In this document: one piece after another, positions 1-9,762 of the stretch | Numbering within the stretch: position 1 is the first letter of the stretch | Layout: every line of letters starts with the position of its first letter | Source: an uncultured Actinomycetota bacterium | GTDB lineage: Bacteria > Actinomycetota > Actinomycetes > JAHEKZ01 | Direction of reading: 5' to 3' | Assembly (NCBI GenBank): GCA_963718235.1 | Contig: CAVQYR010000002.1 | Span: 704,001 to 768,000 of the forward strand | Length of the DNA stretch: 64,000 nucleotides | Notes under the pieces: model-generated | Seen by the model: only the letters and a program-made list of their open reading frames with translations | Told to the model about the DNA's origin: nothing | The model's database searches: none | Position numbers and translations under genes: made by a program

Positions 1-7
1 CCGAAGG

Positions 8-994
8 GTGGCCCGTGTCGTCGACGTCCCGACGCTCGTCGAGGGCGCCCGGGCCGGTGATCCGCGCGCCGTGGCCCGGCTCATCTCCCTGATCGAGGAC
101 GGGGCTCCTTCGCTCCGGACCGTGGCGGCGACGTTGGCGCCGCACACCGGCCGGGCTCGAGTCGTGGGGCTGACCGGGGCCCCGGGGGTCGGCAAGTCCA
201 CCACGACGTCCGCGCTGATCAGCGTCCTGCGTGAGCGCGGCCTGCGGGTGGGCGTGCTGGCCGTCGACCCGTCGTCGCCCTTCAGCGGCGGCGCACTGCT
301 CGGGGACCGGGTGCGGATGCAGGAGCACGCCACCGACCCGGGGGTGTTCATCCGGTCGATGGCCTCGCGGGGACACCTCGGGGGGCTGGCCTGGTCGACG
401 CCGCAGGCCGTGCGGGTGCTGGACGCCGCAGGCTGCGACGTGATCTTGATCGAGACCGTGGGCGTGGGCCAGTCGGAGGTCGAGGTCGCGGCGTTGGCCG
501 ACTCGACCGTGGTGCTGCTGGCCCCGGGCATGGGCGATGCGATCCAGGCAGCCAAGGCCGGGATCCTGGAGGTCGGCGACGTCTTCGCGGTCAACAAGGC
601 GGACCGGGACGGTGCCGACGTCACCGTGCGTGAGCTGCGCTCGATGCTGGCCCTGGGGCGCGACCACGCCGGGCCTGATCCCGGCACGTGGCGCCCCCTG
701 ATCGTGAAGACCGTCGCCTCGACGGGCGACGGCATCACCGACCTGCTCGGCGCGCTCGACGAGCACCAGGCATGGTCTCGGGCCACGGGCAACGACCGAC
801 GACGACGCCACCGGCGGGCTGCGGCGGAGATCGAGGCACTCGCCCTGGACCAGACCCGCCGTGAGCTGCTCACCAGCGCCGGGGAGCGCCTGGCCGAGCT
901 GGCGTCGGAGGTCGTCGACGGCAGGCTCGACCCCTACACGGCGGCGGACGAGCTCCTCGGTTCGACGGTTCCCGGCGGGGCCGCTGCCCACTGA
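8..994 (+). CDS. meaB: Methylmalonyl/isobutyryl-CoA mutase-associated GTPase MeaB
   Basis: P-loop GAPGVGKST, VDPSSPFSGGALLGDRVRM, ETVGVGQSE, NKAD motifs. Confidence 0.95.
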   Translation: MARVVDVPTLVEGARAGDPRAVARLISLIEDGAPSLRTVAATLAPHTGRARVVGLTGAPGVGKSTTTSALISVLRERGLRVGVLAVDPSSPFSGGALLGDRVRMQEHATDPGVFIRSMASRGHLGGLAWSTPQAVRVLDAAGCDVILIETVGVGQSEVEVAALADSTVVLLAPGMGDAIQAAKAGILEVGDVFAVNKADRDGADVTVRELRSMLALGRDHAGPDPGTWRPLIVKTVASTGDGITDLLGALDEHQAWSRATGNDRRRRHRRAAAEIEALALDQTRRELLTSAGERLAELASEVVDGRLDPYTAADELLGSTVPGGAAAH

Positions 995-1024
995 GCGGGT
1001 GGTCGACGACGGGCAACCGAGCGC

Positions 1025-1492
1025 TCAGCGCGGCTGCCAGGCCTGCGGGGTGTGGGTGAGCGCGACCACGTGGTCGGGCAGGGTGCCGTGGGCGATGTCG
1101 GCCAGGGTCACGTGGTCCAGGACGCCGCGCAGCGCTGCGCGTGTGGCGACCCACACGTCCTGCAGCTTCTCGGCCGGTCCCTCGTAGCTGGCGGCCTCGG
1201 GGCGGTCGCCCCGCACCTCGGCCAGGGGCCCGTCCAGGGCGCGCACGACGTCGGCCACGGTCACCGTCTCGGCCGGCTTGGCCAGGCGGTAGCCACCCGC
1301 GGCACCGCGCCGGCTGGTCACGATGCCCGCCTGCCGCAGCTGGCGCAGGATCCCCTCGAGGAAGCGGGCCGGGATCTGCTGGCTCTCGGCGAGGGCATCT
1401 CCCTTGAAGAGCGCCGTCGGGTCGGCCTCGCCGGCTGCGGCGATCTCGAGGAGGGCGCGCATGGCGTAGTCGACCTTGGCAGAGACGTGCAT
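1025..1492 (-). CDS. Rrf2-family transcriptional regulator (no Fe-S cysteines; CymR-like)
   Basis: MHVSAKVDYAMRAL start, SRRGAAGGYRLAKPAE wing, VVRALDGPLA; start moved to ATG 1492. Confidence 0.9.
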   Translation of the reverse strand: MHVSAKVDYAMRALLEIAAAGEADPTALFKGDALAESQQIPARFLEGILRQLRQAGIVTSRRGAAGGYRLAKPAETVTVADVVRALDGPLAEVRGDRPEAASYEGPAEKLQDVWVATRAALRGVLDHVTLADIAHGTLPDHVVALTHTPQAWQPR

Positions 1493-1565
1493 CGTGCCAT
1501 TCTTGCCTCGTCGTGCCTGAATCCGCACGGCAGGTGGGGAAATGCCCGGCCCGGACCCTGCGCGA

Positions 1566-2411
1566 CTAGTCGTCGATGGCCAGGCCACGACGTCTCCGCA
1601 GGCTGCGCGACACCGAGGTGAAGATCCCGTCCACCAGCATCCCGATGATCAAGATGGCCAACATGGTCGCGAGCAGCAGCGATGCCTTGTTGAACTGGCG
1701 GGCGAACTCCAGCTGGGTGCCCAAGGCCGGCCGCTGGGCGATGATCACGAGCAGCTCGCCGGCCATCAGGCTGCGCCAGGCGAAGGCCCAGCCCTGGTTC
1801 AGGCCGGAGACATACGACGGCAGCGCTGCCGGGAGCACGATGAACCGGTAGAGCGACACGCCCCGAGCGCCAAGCACCCGACCGAGCCGGAGGAACTGCG
1901 GGGGGATGTGGTCGATGCCGGAGATGACCCCGTTGGCGATGCTGGGGGCCGCGCCCAGGACGACGACGAAGAAGATGGCGCTCTCGCTGAACCCGAAGAG
2001 CAGGATGGCGAGCGGGAACCAGGCGATCGAGGGCATGGTCTGCAGCCCGGTGATGAGCGAACCGATGGCCATCCGCAGTGTCCGGACGCGCCCGACCAGG
2101 ACCCCCACGAGGGTGCCCAGGACCAGGGCGAAGCAGAACCCGGTGACCGCACGACGCATGGTCGTGGCGACCGCCTCCCAGAACCTCGCGGTCTGCATGA
2201 GCTCCCAGAGGTCGGCCAGGACGACGGTGGGACCAGGCAGCACGTAGGGGGGCCGCCATCCGGACCAGACCACCAGCTGCCAGACACCGAGCACGATCCC
2301 GATGGCCAGGGCCTTGGGCCAGACCCACCCCCAGACCCTGGCGCTCAGGTGCGCGCCGGACTTCTGGGTCGGGGGAGTGTCGACGATGGGAGTGAGCACG
2401 TCAGCCGACAT
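1566..2411 (-). CDS. ABC transporter permease, SsuC/TauC type
   Basis: Multiple TM helices, LGA EAA-like loop, GWAFAWRSLMAGELL; start overlaps ATPase stop. Confidence 0.9.
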   Translation of the reverse strand: MSADVLTPIVDTPPTQKSGAHLSARVWGWVWPKALAIGIVLGVWQLVVWSGWRPPYVLPGPTVVLADLWELMQTARFWEAVATTMRRAVTGFCFALVLGTLVGVLVGRVRTLRMAIGSLITGLQTMPSIAWFPLAILLFGFSESAIFFVVVLGAAPSIANGVISGIDHIPPQFLRLGRVLGARGVSLYRFIVLPAALPSYVSGLNQGWAFAWRSLMAGELLVIIAQRPALGTQLEFARQFNKASLLLATMLAILIIGMLVDGIFTSVSRSLRRRRGLAIDD

Positions 2412-3189
2412 GGGCGGACACCTCCTGGGACAGCGCACCGGTGAGGTCCGCGGCGTACTCGGCCACCTCGGCCGAGTCGATGGTTCGTGGTCGGTGCAGC
2501 GTGATCCGCTCGTCACGCTTGACCCGACCGGGGCGGGAGGAGAGCAGGACGACCCGGTCGCCGAGGCGGACCGCCTCGCGCATGTTGTGGGTGACGAACA
2601 GCACGGTCAGGCCGAGCCCGGACCAGATCCGCTCGATCTCGTCGTGCATCTTGTCGCGGGTCATGGCATCGAGAGCGCCCAGCGGCTCATCCATCAGCAC
2701 GATCGTGGCCTCCTGGGCCAGCACCCGCGCCAGCGAGACGCGCTGCTTCATGCCGCCGGACAGCTCGTGCGGACGTTTGTCCTCGAAGCCGTTGAGGTTC
2801 ACCATGTCCAGCAGGTCCTGAGCGCGGGCCCCGCGACGTTCGCGCGGCACCCCGCTGAGGCGCAGGGCCAGGTCGACGTTCTGCCTGGCGGTGAGCCAGG
2901 GGAGCAACGTGGCCTCCTGGAACATGAACGAGACCTTGCCATTCACGTCGATCGTCCCCGACGTGGGCTTCTCCAGCCCGGCGATGAGGTTGAGCATGGT
3001 GCTCTTGCCGCACCCGGACGCACCGACCACGGTGACGAACTGACCGGCGTCGACGGTGAGGTCGACGTCCTGCAGGGCCACGGTGGCGTCCGGACCTGAG
3101 CCGAACACCTTGGTGACGTCAGCGAGCCGCAGGGCGGGTGCCCCCGACCGATGAGGGGTCGGAGGCACCGAGGCGGGGGTGATGGTCAC
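2401..3189 (-). CDS. ABC transporter ATP-binding protein, SsuB/TauB type
   Basis: Walker A GASGCGKST, LSGGMKQR signature, LMDEP Walker B, VTHN; GTG start overlapping upstream stop. Confidence 0.92.
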   Translation of the reverse strand: MTITPASVPPTPHRSGAPALRLADVTKVFGSGPDATVALQDVDLTVDAGQFVTVVGASGCGKSTMLNLIAGLEKPTSGTIDVNGKVSFMFQEATLLPWLTARQNVDLALRLSGVPRERRGARAQDLLDMVNLNGFEDKRPHELSGGMKQRVSLARVLAQEATIVLMDEPLGALDAMTRDKMHDEIERIWSGLGLTVLFVTHNMREAVRLGDRVVLLSSRPGRVKRDERITLHRPRTIDSAEVAEYAADLTGALSQEVSAHVG

Positions 3190-4294
3190 AGGGTCACCTC
3201 GGGCTGGCCGTCCTGGGCCAGCACCTTGTTCAGCAGGCTCAGGTCGTACAGGTCGTCGAACCCCCCGGCCGCGTCGATCTCGGCCTGGTCGAGCAGTCCG
3301 ACGTCGACCGCGTGCGCTGCGCCCTCGACGAGAGTGGGCTTGAGGGGGTCGTTGGTGAACTCGACCTGCTTCCAAGCCTCGTCGAGGATCGCCTCGTCAT
3401 AGTTGGACCCGGTCAGCGCCAGCAGTCCTGCGTTGAAGTCGACCTTGCTCTGCTTGGGGTCCTTCTTCATGAAGGCGATGGACTGGACGTTGGCCGTGAG
3501 GAACGCCTCGACGACGTCGGGGTGCTCGTCGAGGAAGGCCTGACGGACCACGATGTTCGTCGTGACGAACTTGCCGCCGGGCCACAAGGACTTCTCGTCG
3601 ACCAGGACCTTGCCACCCTCGCGACCAGCGTGGCGACGAAGGGCTCGGGCACCCAGGCACCGTCAATGTCGCCGGACTGGAAGGCAGTCACCGCGTCGGA
3701 GTTCGAGATGTTCTGGATCGACACGTCGCCGCCGCCCTCCAGCGTGGTCTCGTAGCCCTGCTCCTTGAGCCAGTAGCGCAGGGCCACGTCCTGGGTGTTG
3801 CCCAGTTGCGGGGTGGCGATCGTCGTACCGGCGAGATCCTGTGCGGAGGCGATCTCTGGCTTGACGACCAGGGCGGCTCCGGCCGATGCGGCGCCGGAGA
3901 TCACCTTCACGGCCTCGCCCTGGGACTGGGTCCAGGCCGACACCGTCGGGTTCGGGCCGACGAAGGAGATGTCGATCGAGTCGGAGAACAGGGCGTTGAC
4001 CGCGTCCGGGCCGGCGTTGAACAGCTGTGGGGCCACCTTGATGCCCAGCTCGCCGAGGGCGTCCTTGTAGTAGCCCTCCTGGATCCCGACGTAGGCGGGG
4101 GCGTGGGTGAGGTTGGGGAAGAAGCCCAGCCGAAGCGTCGTCAGCTCCTCCGCGGCAGCGGGTGAGTCGGAACCGCCCGCCGAGGGGTCGGCTGACTCCG
4201 AGTCGGAGCTGCAGGCGCTCAGGGCCAGGACACCGAGCAGGGTGAGCGCTACCGCCGTGGTGCGGCTGCGGCGTCGGACGAGACGGGAGATCAT
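3186..4294 (-). CDS. ABC substrate-binding lipoprotein, SsuA/TauA type; 1-nt frameshift near 3620
   Basis: Lipobox LSAC, LGFFPNLTHAPA, ATPQLGNTQDVALR, AWVPEP; continues in a second frame (ORF 3186-3587); RBS AGGAGG. Confidence 0.85.
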
Positions 4295-4296
4295 GC

Positions 4297-4356
4297 GTTC
4301 CTCCTAATAGCAACAATGTCGAGTGGAAAACTAGGAAAAGATCTCCCGTAAGTCAA
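4297..4356 (-). promoter_or_regulatory. AT-rich promoter/operator region of the ABC operon (possible Rrf2 site)
   Basis: TTGACT on the minus strand followed by unusually AT-rich TTTTCCTAGTTTTCCACTCGACATT and RBS. Confidence 0.4.
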
Positions 4357-4410
4357 GTGAGGGCTGCTCCGAACGTGTCGCGGGCGTTCGTGACGCCTAC
4401 GCTGCGCGGT

Positions 4411-6102
4411 ATGTCCGAGAACCCGATCGGTGAGGGACGTCGCCGCTGGCGGGAGCGGTACGAGCGCGCGACCCGGGAGGGGGCCCTGGCCGCACCGACG
4501 ACGCTGTCGGGACAGGACCTCGAACCCGTCTACGGTCCCGGCGAGTCCTCGCCCGAGGCTGCCTTCACCCGGATCGGCTGGCCGGGAGAGTTCCCCTTCA
4601 CCCGGGGGATCCACTCCACCGGCTACCGCGGCAAGCCGTGGACGATCCGGCAGTTCGCCGGGTTCGGGGACGCAGCGGCCACCAACGCCCGGTTCAAGGA
4701 CCTGCTGGACGGCGGCGGCGCCGGGCTGAGTGTCGCGTTCGACATGCCCACCCTGATGGGGCGGGACTCCGACGACCCGCTGGCGCTGGGGGAGGTCGGG
4801 CACTGCGGCGTCGCTGTCGACTCAACCGCCGACCTGGAGACCCTGTTCGACGGGATCCCGCTCGACGAGGTGACCACGTCGATGACGATCAGCGGCCCGG
4901 CCGTGCCCTTGTTCTGCTGCTACGTCGTGGCCGCCGAACGGCAGGGAGTGGCATCGCGCGACCTCGCGGGAACCCTGCAGACCGACATCTTCAAGGAGTA
5001 CATCGCGCAGAACGAGTGGCTGTTTCCTCCCGAGCCCCACCTGCGGCTGATCGGTGACCTCATGCAGTGGTGCCACGACGAGGCACCCTCGTTCAACCCG
5101 ATCAGCGTCAGCGGCTACCACATCCGTGAGGCCGGGGCGACGGCGGTCCAGGAGCTTGCGTTCACCCTGGCCGATGGGTTCGGCTACGTCGAGCTCGGCC
5201 TGTCCCGAGGGCTGCCGGTCGACGACTTCGCCCGACGACTCACCTTCTTCTTCGACGCGCACATCGACTTCTTCGAGGAGATCGCCAAGTTCCGGGCGGC
5301 TCGACGGATCTGGGCGCGGTGGGTGCGCGACCACTTCGGCGCCGTCGACGAACACGCGCAGTGGCTGAAGTTCCACACCCAGACGGCCGGGGTGTCACTC
5401 ACCGCGCAGCAGCCGGACAACAACATCGTCCGGACCGCGGTCGAGGCGCTGGCCGCAGTGCTCGGCGGGACGAACTCGCTGCACACCAACGCCCTGGACG
5501 AGGTGTTCGCACTCCCCAGCGACCACGCCGCGGCGGTGGCCCTTCGCACGCAGCACGTCATCGCCGAGGAGACCGGGGTGGCCTCGGTCATCGACCCACT
5601 CGGTGGCTCGTGGTACGTCGAGGCGCTCACCGACCGCATGGAGCAGGAGGCCGAGCAGATCTTCAGACAGATCCTCGACCTGGGCGGCGACGGGACGTTC
5701 ACGTCCGGAATCCTGGGCGGGATCGAACAGGGCTGGTTCACCCGTGAGATCGCCGAGTCGGCGTTCGCGTACCAGCGCGCGCTGGAGGGCGGTGACAAGC
5801 GCGTGGTCGGGGTGAACATCCACGGGTCGAGGGACGACCGCGAGGTCGACATCCTGCGCATCTCCCCGCAGGTCGAGCAGGACCAGCGGGACCGGCTGGA
5901 GGCCCGACGACGAGGCAGGGACATCGACTCGCTGGAGACGGCCCTGGAAGCCCTCGCCCTGGCTGCGGGAGACCCTGCTCCTCAGGGCCCCAACCTGGTG
6001 CCGCTGCTCCTCGACGCGGCTCGGGCGGAGGCCACGCTCGGCGAGATGTGCGACGTGCTGCGCGGGGTCTGGGGCGGGTACACGCCCGCCGAGCCCTGGT
6101 AG
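4411..6102 (+). CDS. icmA: Acyl-CoA mutase large subunit, isobutyryl-CoA mutase type
   Basis: WTIRQFAGF and KEYIAQ carry the Phe/Gln determinants of ICM rather than Tyr/Arg of MCM; no B12-binding domain; leaderless (TACGCT 4398). Confidence 0.85.
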   Translation: MSENPIGEGRRRWRERYERATREGALAAPTTLSGQDLEPVYGPGESSPEAAFTRIGWPGEFPFTRGIHSTGYRGKPWTIRQFAGFGDAAATNARFKDLLDGGGAGLSVAFDMPTLMGRDSDDPLALGEVGHCGVAVDSTADLETLFDGIPLDEVTTSMTISGPAVPLFCCYVVAAERQGVASRDLAGTLQTDIFKEYIAQNEWLFPPEPHLRLIGDLMQWCHDEAPSFNPISVSGYHIREAGATAVQELAFTLADGFGYVELGLSRGLPVDDFARRLTFFFDAHIDFFEEIAKFRAARRIWARWVRDHFGAVDEHAQWLKFHTQTAGVSLTAQQPDNNIVRTAVEALAAVLGGTNSLHTNALDEVFALPSDHAAAVALRTQHVIAEETGVASVIDPLGGSWYVEALTDRMEQEAEQIFRQILDLGGDGTFTSGILGGIEQGWFTREIAESAFAYQRALEGGDKRVVGVNIHGSRDDREVDILRISPQVEQDQRDRLEARRRGRDIDSLETALEALALAAGDPAPQGPNLVPLLLDAARAEATLGEMCDVLRGVWGGYTPAEPW

Positions 6103-6126
6103 GCGGCGATCAGTGACAATGGCTCC

Positions 6127-7104
6127 ATGACCCAGCAGTTCGGATCTTCCGGTCCTGTCCACGGTGGCGCTCCTGGCGCGGTCCCCGGTCCCGGCTCGCT
6201 TCCAGCTTCGGTCCCCGGGGTCGTCGACCTCGCGGCACTGGCCGAGGCCCGTCAGGTGCAGCAGCAGGCTGCCGAGGCCCGATCCGGGCTGCAGGCACGA
6301 GCCGGCGCAGCCGGTGTGAACGGCCCGGTGGTCGTCGACGTCTCGGAGACCACCTTCGAGGCCGACGTGATGCAACGGTCGATGACCACCCCGGTGCTGA
6401 TCGACTTCTGGGCCTCGTGGTGCCAGCCGTGCAAGCAGCTCAGCCCGGTGCTGGAGAAGCTGGCCGTCGACGACGGGGGTGCCTGGGTGCTCGCCAAGGT
6501 CGACGTCGACGCGAACCCGCAGCTGTCGGCGGCCGCCCAGGTGCAGTCCATCCCCACGGTGATGGTGGTCTGGCAGGGCCAGGTCATCCCTGGCTTCCAG
6601 GGGGCGCTGCCGGAGCCGCAGGTCCGCCTCTTCGTCGACGAGGTGCTCGCGTTGGCCGGACGCACCGACTCCGACGTCGTCCCTGAGGTCGTCGACCCCG
6701 CGTTGGAGGAGGCCGAGAACGCTCTCCTCGCCGATGACCTCGACACGGCCGCGGCTGCGTACGAACGCCTGCTCGCCGAGCGGCCGGGGGATGCCGAGGC
6801 ATCGGCCGGGCTCTCTCGGGTGAGGCTGATGCAGCGCACGAGCGACGTCGACGTCGCTGCCGTCCGAGCCGCGGCAGCGGCTGACCCGTCCGACGTCACG
6901 GCCCAGCAGTCGGCGGCCGACCTCGACCTCCTGGACGGTGACGTGGAAGGCGCGATCGACCGGCTGCTGGCCGCCGTCCGGGCCACGTCCGGCAGCGAGC
7001 GCGACCAGGCCCGCGATGCTCTGCTCGCGCTGTTCGCCATCGTCGGCGACGACGACCCTCTCGTCCTGGCCGGACGCCGGCAGCTGTCCAACGCGTTGTT
7101 CTGA
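6127..7104 (+). CDS. cnoX: Thioredoxin-TPR chaperedoxin (YbbN/CnoX family)
   Basis: IDFWASWCQPCKQL thioredoxin motif, TPR-like helices, C-terminal RRQLSNALF. Confidence 0.88.
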   Translation: MTQQFGSSGPVHGGAPGAVPGPGSLPASVPGVVDLAALAEARQVQQQAAEARSGLQARAGAAGVNGPVVVDVSETTFEADVMQRSMTTPVLIDFWASWCQPCKQLSPVLEKLAVDDGGAWVLAKVDVDANPQLSAAAQVQSIPTVMVVWQGQVIPGFQGALPEPQVRLFVDEVLALAGRTDSDVVPEVVDPALEEAENALLADDLDTAAAAYERLLAERPGDAEASAGLSRVRLMQRTSDVDVAAVRAAAAADPSDVTAQQSAADLDLLDGDVEGAIDRLLAAVRATSGSERDQARDALLALFAIVGDDDPLVLAGRRQLSNALF

Positions 7105-7234
7105 CCTCCCCGGGACGATGTCCCGTCCGGCTCGAGGCACCCGTTCACCCGTTCGCAGCAGGCGTTCGCCCGGACGGACTAGCAAGCGACGCGGGCTCCA
7201 CCGCCGATCCTCGGGATGGCGGAGGAGGACGTAG

Positions 7235-8041
7235 ATGGCTCGGGGACGTACCACGGTCGGCGCACTGGCGCTGGTCGCTGCAGCTGCGCTGGCTGCTGTC
7301 GTGGTGCCGCTCGGCTCCGGTCCTCAGTCGGCGCAGGCCGGTGGTGACACCTTCGACATCACCCGGTGGACCGACCCCAAGGGCGGTTCCCACGTGGTGC
7401 GGTGGGACCCGTGCCAGACGGTCACCTACGCCGTGAACGTTCGCAGGGCCGGGGCGACGCCGCAGGCTCGCCAGGGTGCGCTGCACGACGTCCGCGAGGC
7501 CGTGAGCCGCGCGGCCTCGCGCACCGGCCTGTCGTTCCGGTTCGTCGGGACCACCGGTGAGGTGCCGCGCGACTCCGGGGGCTCCTCGTGGTCACAGCGC
7601 CAGAGCGCGGCCGAGCTCGTGATCGCCTGGGTCGACCCGGACTCCGGCACCTACGGATCCAACCTGCTGTCCCAGGTCGGCGGCCGGTACGCGTCCGGCA
7701 CCGGAGGATGGGCGTGGCGGGCGTGGACGAACGGCTCGGGACAGTGGCGCCTGGCGATCGGTCGGGGCTTCGTCGTCATCAACGCCGACCACAACGGCTC
7801 GTACCGGCGCGGGTTCGGTCGGGGGACGACGCGCGGTGCGCTCCTGCTCCACGAGATCGGGCACGCGCTGGGGCTGAACCATGTCGGGGCCACCGACGAG
7901 CTCATGTACCCGACCATGCTGCGCCGCTCACACAGCACGTACAAGGACGGCGACCAGCGGGGGCTGCGCAAGCTCGGTCGCTCCGCGGGCTGCATCGGCG
8001 TGACCGACTCGGTCTGGAGCCCGCTGCCCAAGCACGGCTGA
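7235..8041 (+). CDS. Secreted matrixin-family (metzincin) zinc metalloprotease
   Basis: Signal peptide, HEIGHALGLNH, Met-turn ELMYP; RBS GGAGGAGG. Confidence 0.85.
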   Translation: MARGRTTVGALALVAAAALAAVVVPLGSGPQSAQAGGDTFDITRWTDPKGGSHVVRWDPCQTVTYAVNVRRAGATPQARQGALHDVREAVSRAASRTGLSFRFVGTTGEVPRDSGGSSWSQRQSAAELVIAWVDPDSGTYGSNLLSQVGGRYASGTGGWAWRAWTNGSGQWRLAIGRGFVVINADHNGSYRRGFGRGTTRGALLLHEIGHALGLNHVGATDELMYPTMLRRSHSTYKDGDQRGLRKLGRSAGCIGVTDSVWSPLPKHG

Positions 8042-8056
8042 GCCGGCCACTGGTGG

Positions 8057-9559
8057 TCAGCCGCGCTCGACCGCCGTGCCGAGCAGACCCAGCGGGGGAC
8101 TGCCGAGGTCCAGCAGCGCCTCGTGGAAGCGGGGCAGCGTGAACCGCTCACCCCATGCACGTCGGGCCTGTTCCCGGCGCTTGGTGATCTCCAGCTTGCC
8201 CCACGTGTAGATGCCGTAGCCGGGGTCGAACGTGCCCCGTTGGGCCTCGGCCCGGGCTGCGGAGTGGCCCAGCAGTGCGTCGCGCTCGAAGCACCGGGTC
8301 GCCTCGTCGACGTCCATCGAACCGGTGTGCAGCCCGATCGCGCACGACAGCCGGGCCACCCGGCACAGGGCCTCGAGGGCGACGCCGACGGTGTACGCGG
8401 GGTCCCCGTCGCGAAAGCCCTCGTCGATGACTGCCTCCTCGACGTAGTGGGCCCAGCCTTCGGCGAACGCGGCACCGATCAGGTTGCGCCTCACCTCGCC
8501 GCGGGCGCGGCGCAGCGCCCGGCCGTGCGAGTAGTGCCCTGGCGCGACCTCGTGCACGGTGATGGCCGGCAGCGACGCGCTGTTGAACATGGCCATCCAC
8601 TGGCGCTGCTCGTCGGTGCTCCAGCTCGCGTCGGGTGGGGTGATGCCGTAGAGGGACGGACCGTCCTGCTCCCCGGGCGCGGCCCAGGCCATCATGGCCA
8701 CGGCCCACCGACGCGACTCGGGGGCGATCTCGACCAGGAGCTCGCCGTCGGTCGGCGCGAGGTCGTGGGCGCGGGTGAAGGCCATCACCTCCGCACTGAC
8801 CAGCCGGGCCTGCTCGACGACCTGGTCGGGGTCGGGCTGGTCGGCCATCAGCTCTGCGACCACGGCGTGCACCGGGCGTGCGTCGTCGATCCGGGCCACC
8901 GCAGCTGTGAGCAGGTCGGACAGCCGGGCCCGTTCGCGCTCGGCCTGGACGGCCCACGCCTCGACGTCGAACTCCAGGGCCTCGGCGCTGCTCATCAGGC
9001 GCCCGAGCGCGCCGGCTCCGAGCGCGACGTCGGGATCGCCGTCGACCGCGAGGCCGCGCAGGTGCTCCACCAGTCGGCGGTGGGCCTTCAGCGCCCGTTC
9101 GACGACGGGGTCGGCCGGGTCGCCGATGCCGGCAGCCAGCCCGACGGTAGGCCCGTCGAGGAAGGCCGCCACCGGTGCCGGGACCTCGTCCAGGGCCTCG
9201 ATGGCTGCGTCGACCCCGTCGGGCCAGTGGGTCAGGTGGTCGCGTCGCGCGGCCGCGCGCACGTCCGGCGGCGCGTAGGCGCGGTCGTAGCAGGCGAGGT
9301 CGAGGTTGGACAGGTGCAGCAGCGGGTTGCGCCGGTGCAGCCTGAGCTCTCCGAGCTGGACCCGCAGCGCCGCCTCGTGGGCGGACACGTGGGCCTCGTC
9401 GTGCGAATCCGGGAGGGCCGGCCCGCCGAGGGCGGCCAGCCCACTGCTCACGCCTGAGGGTGAGAGGTCCTGGACCACGCCGTCGTACTCGTGGCGTCCG
9501 GCCTCCTCGCGGGCGGAGGGCACGGTCAGGTCGAGCACGCGGCGCACACGAGGTTGCAT
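8057..9559 (-). CDS. DUF885-family protein (putative metallopeptidase fold)
   Basis: HEVAPGHY, FAEGWAHYVE, YTWGKLEI, FHEALL motifs; leaderless (TAGGCT). Confidence 0.85.
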   Translation of the reverse strand: MQPRVRRVLDLTVPSAREEAGRHEYDGVVQDLSPSGVSSGLAALGGPALPDSHDEAHVSAHEAALRVQLGELRLHRRNPLLHLSNLDLACYDRAYAPPDVRAAARRDHLTHWPDGVDAAIEALDEVPAPVAAFLDGPTVGLAAGIGDPADPVVERALKAHRRLVEHLRGLAVDGDPDVALGAGALGRLMSSAEALEFDVEAWAVQAERERARLSDLLTAAVARIDDARPVHAVVAELMADQPDPDQVVEQARLVSAEVMAFTRAHDLAPTDGELLVEIAPESRRWAVAMMAWAAPGEQDGPSLYGITPPDASWSTDEQRQWMAMFNSASLPAITVHEVAPGHYSHGRALRRARGEVRRNLIGAAFAEGWAHYVEEAVIDEGFRDGDPAYTVGVALEALCRVARLSCAIGLHTGSMDVDEATRCFERDALLGHSAARAEAQRGTFDPGYGIYTWGKLEITKRREQARRAWGERFTLPRFHEALLDLGSPPLGLLGTAVERG

Positions 9560-9616
9560 GGGCGAGCAGCCTACGGCCGTGGACCGGTCCGGCCCCGGCG
9601 GTCCCTCGCTGTCGGT

Positions 9617-9630
9617 TGACTGGTCAGTCA
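9617..9630. promoter_or_regulatory. Palindromic operator TGACTG-GT-CAGTCA upstream of etfBA (TetR-like)
   Basis: 6-2-6 inverted repeat in the divergent intergenic region. Confidence 0.5.
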
Positions 9631-9762
9631 GTTAGCGGATCGGTAGGGTGGGAACCCCGAGACCCCGGGGCGCGAGACACCGGCTAGGCTGAGCCGGAGA
9701 TTGGATCCAATCCGGTCGACCGACGTGGTCCCGGGCGAGCAGTGGAGGTCGGCAGCGCCGCC

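Noticed and set aside
7138-7154. Tandem CACCCGTT x2 upstream of the metalloprotease
   Set aside because: Only two 8-bp copies; too weak to call an operator.
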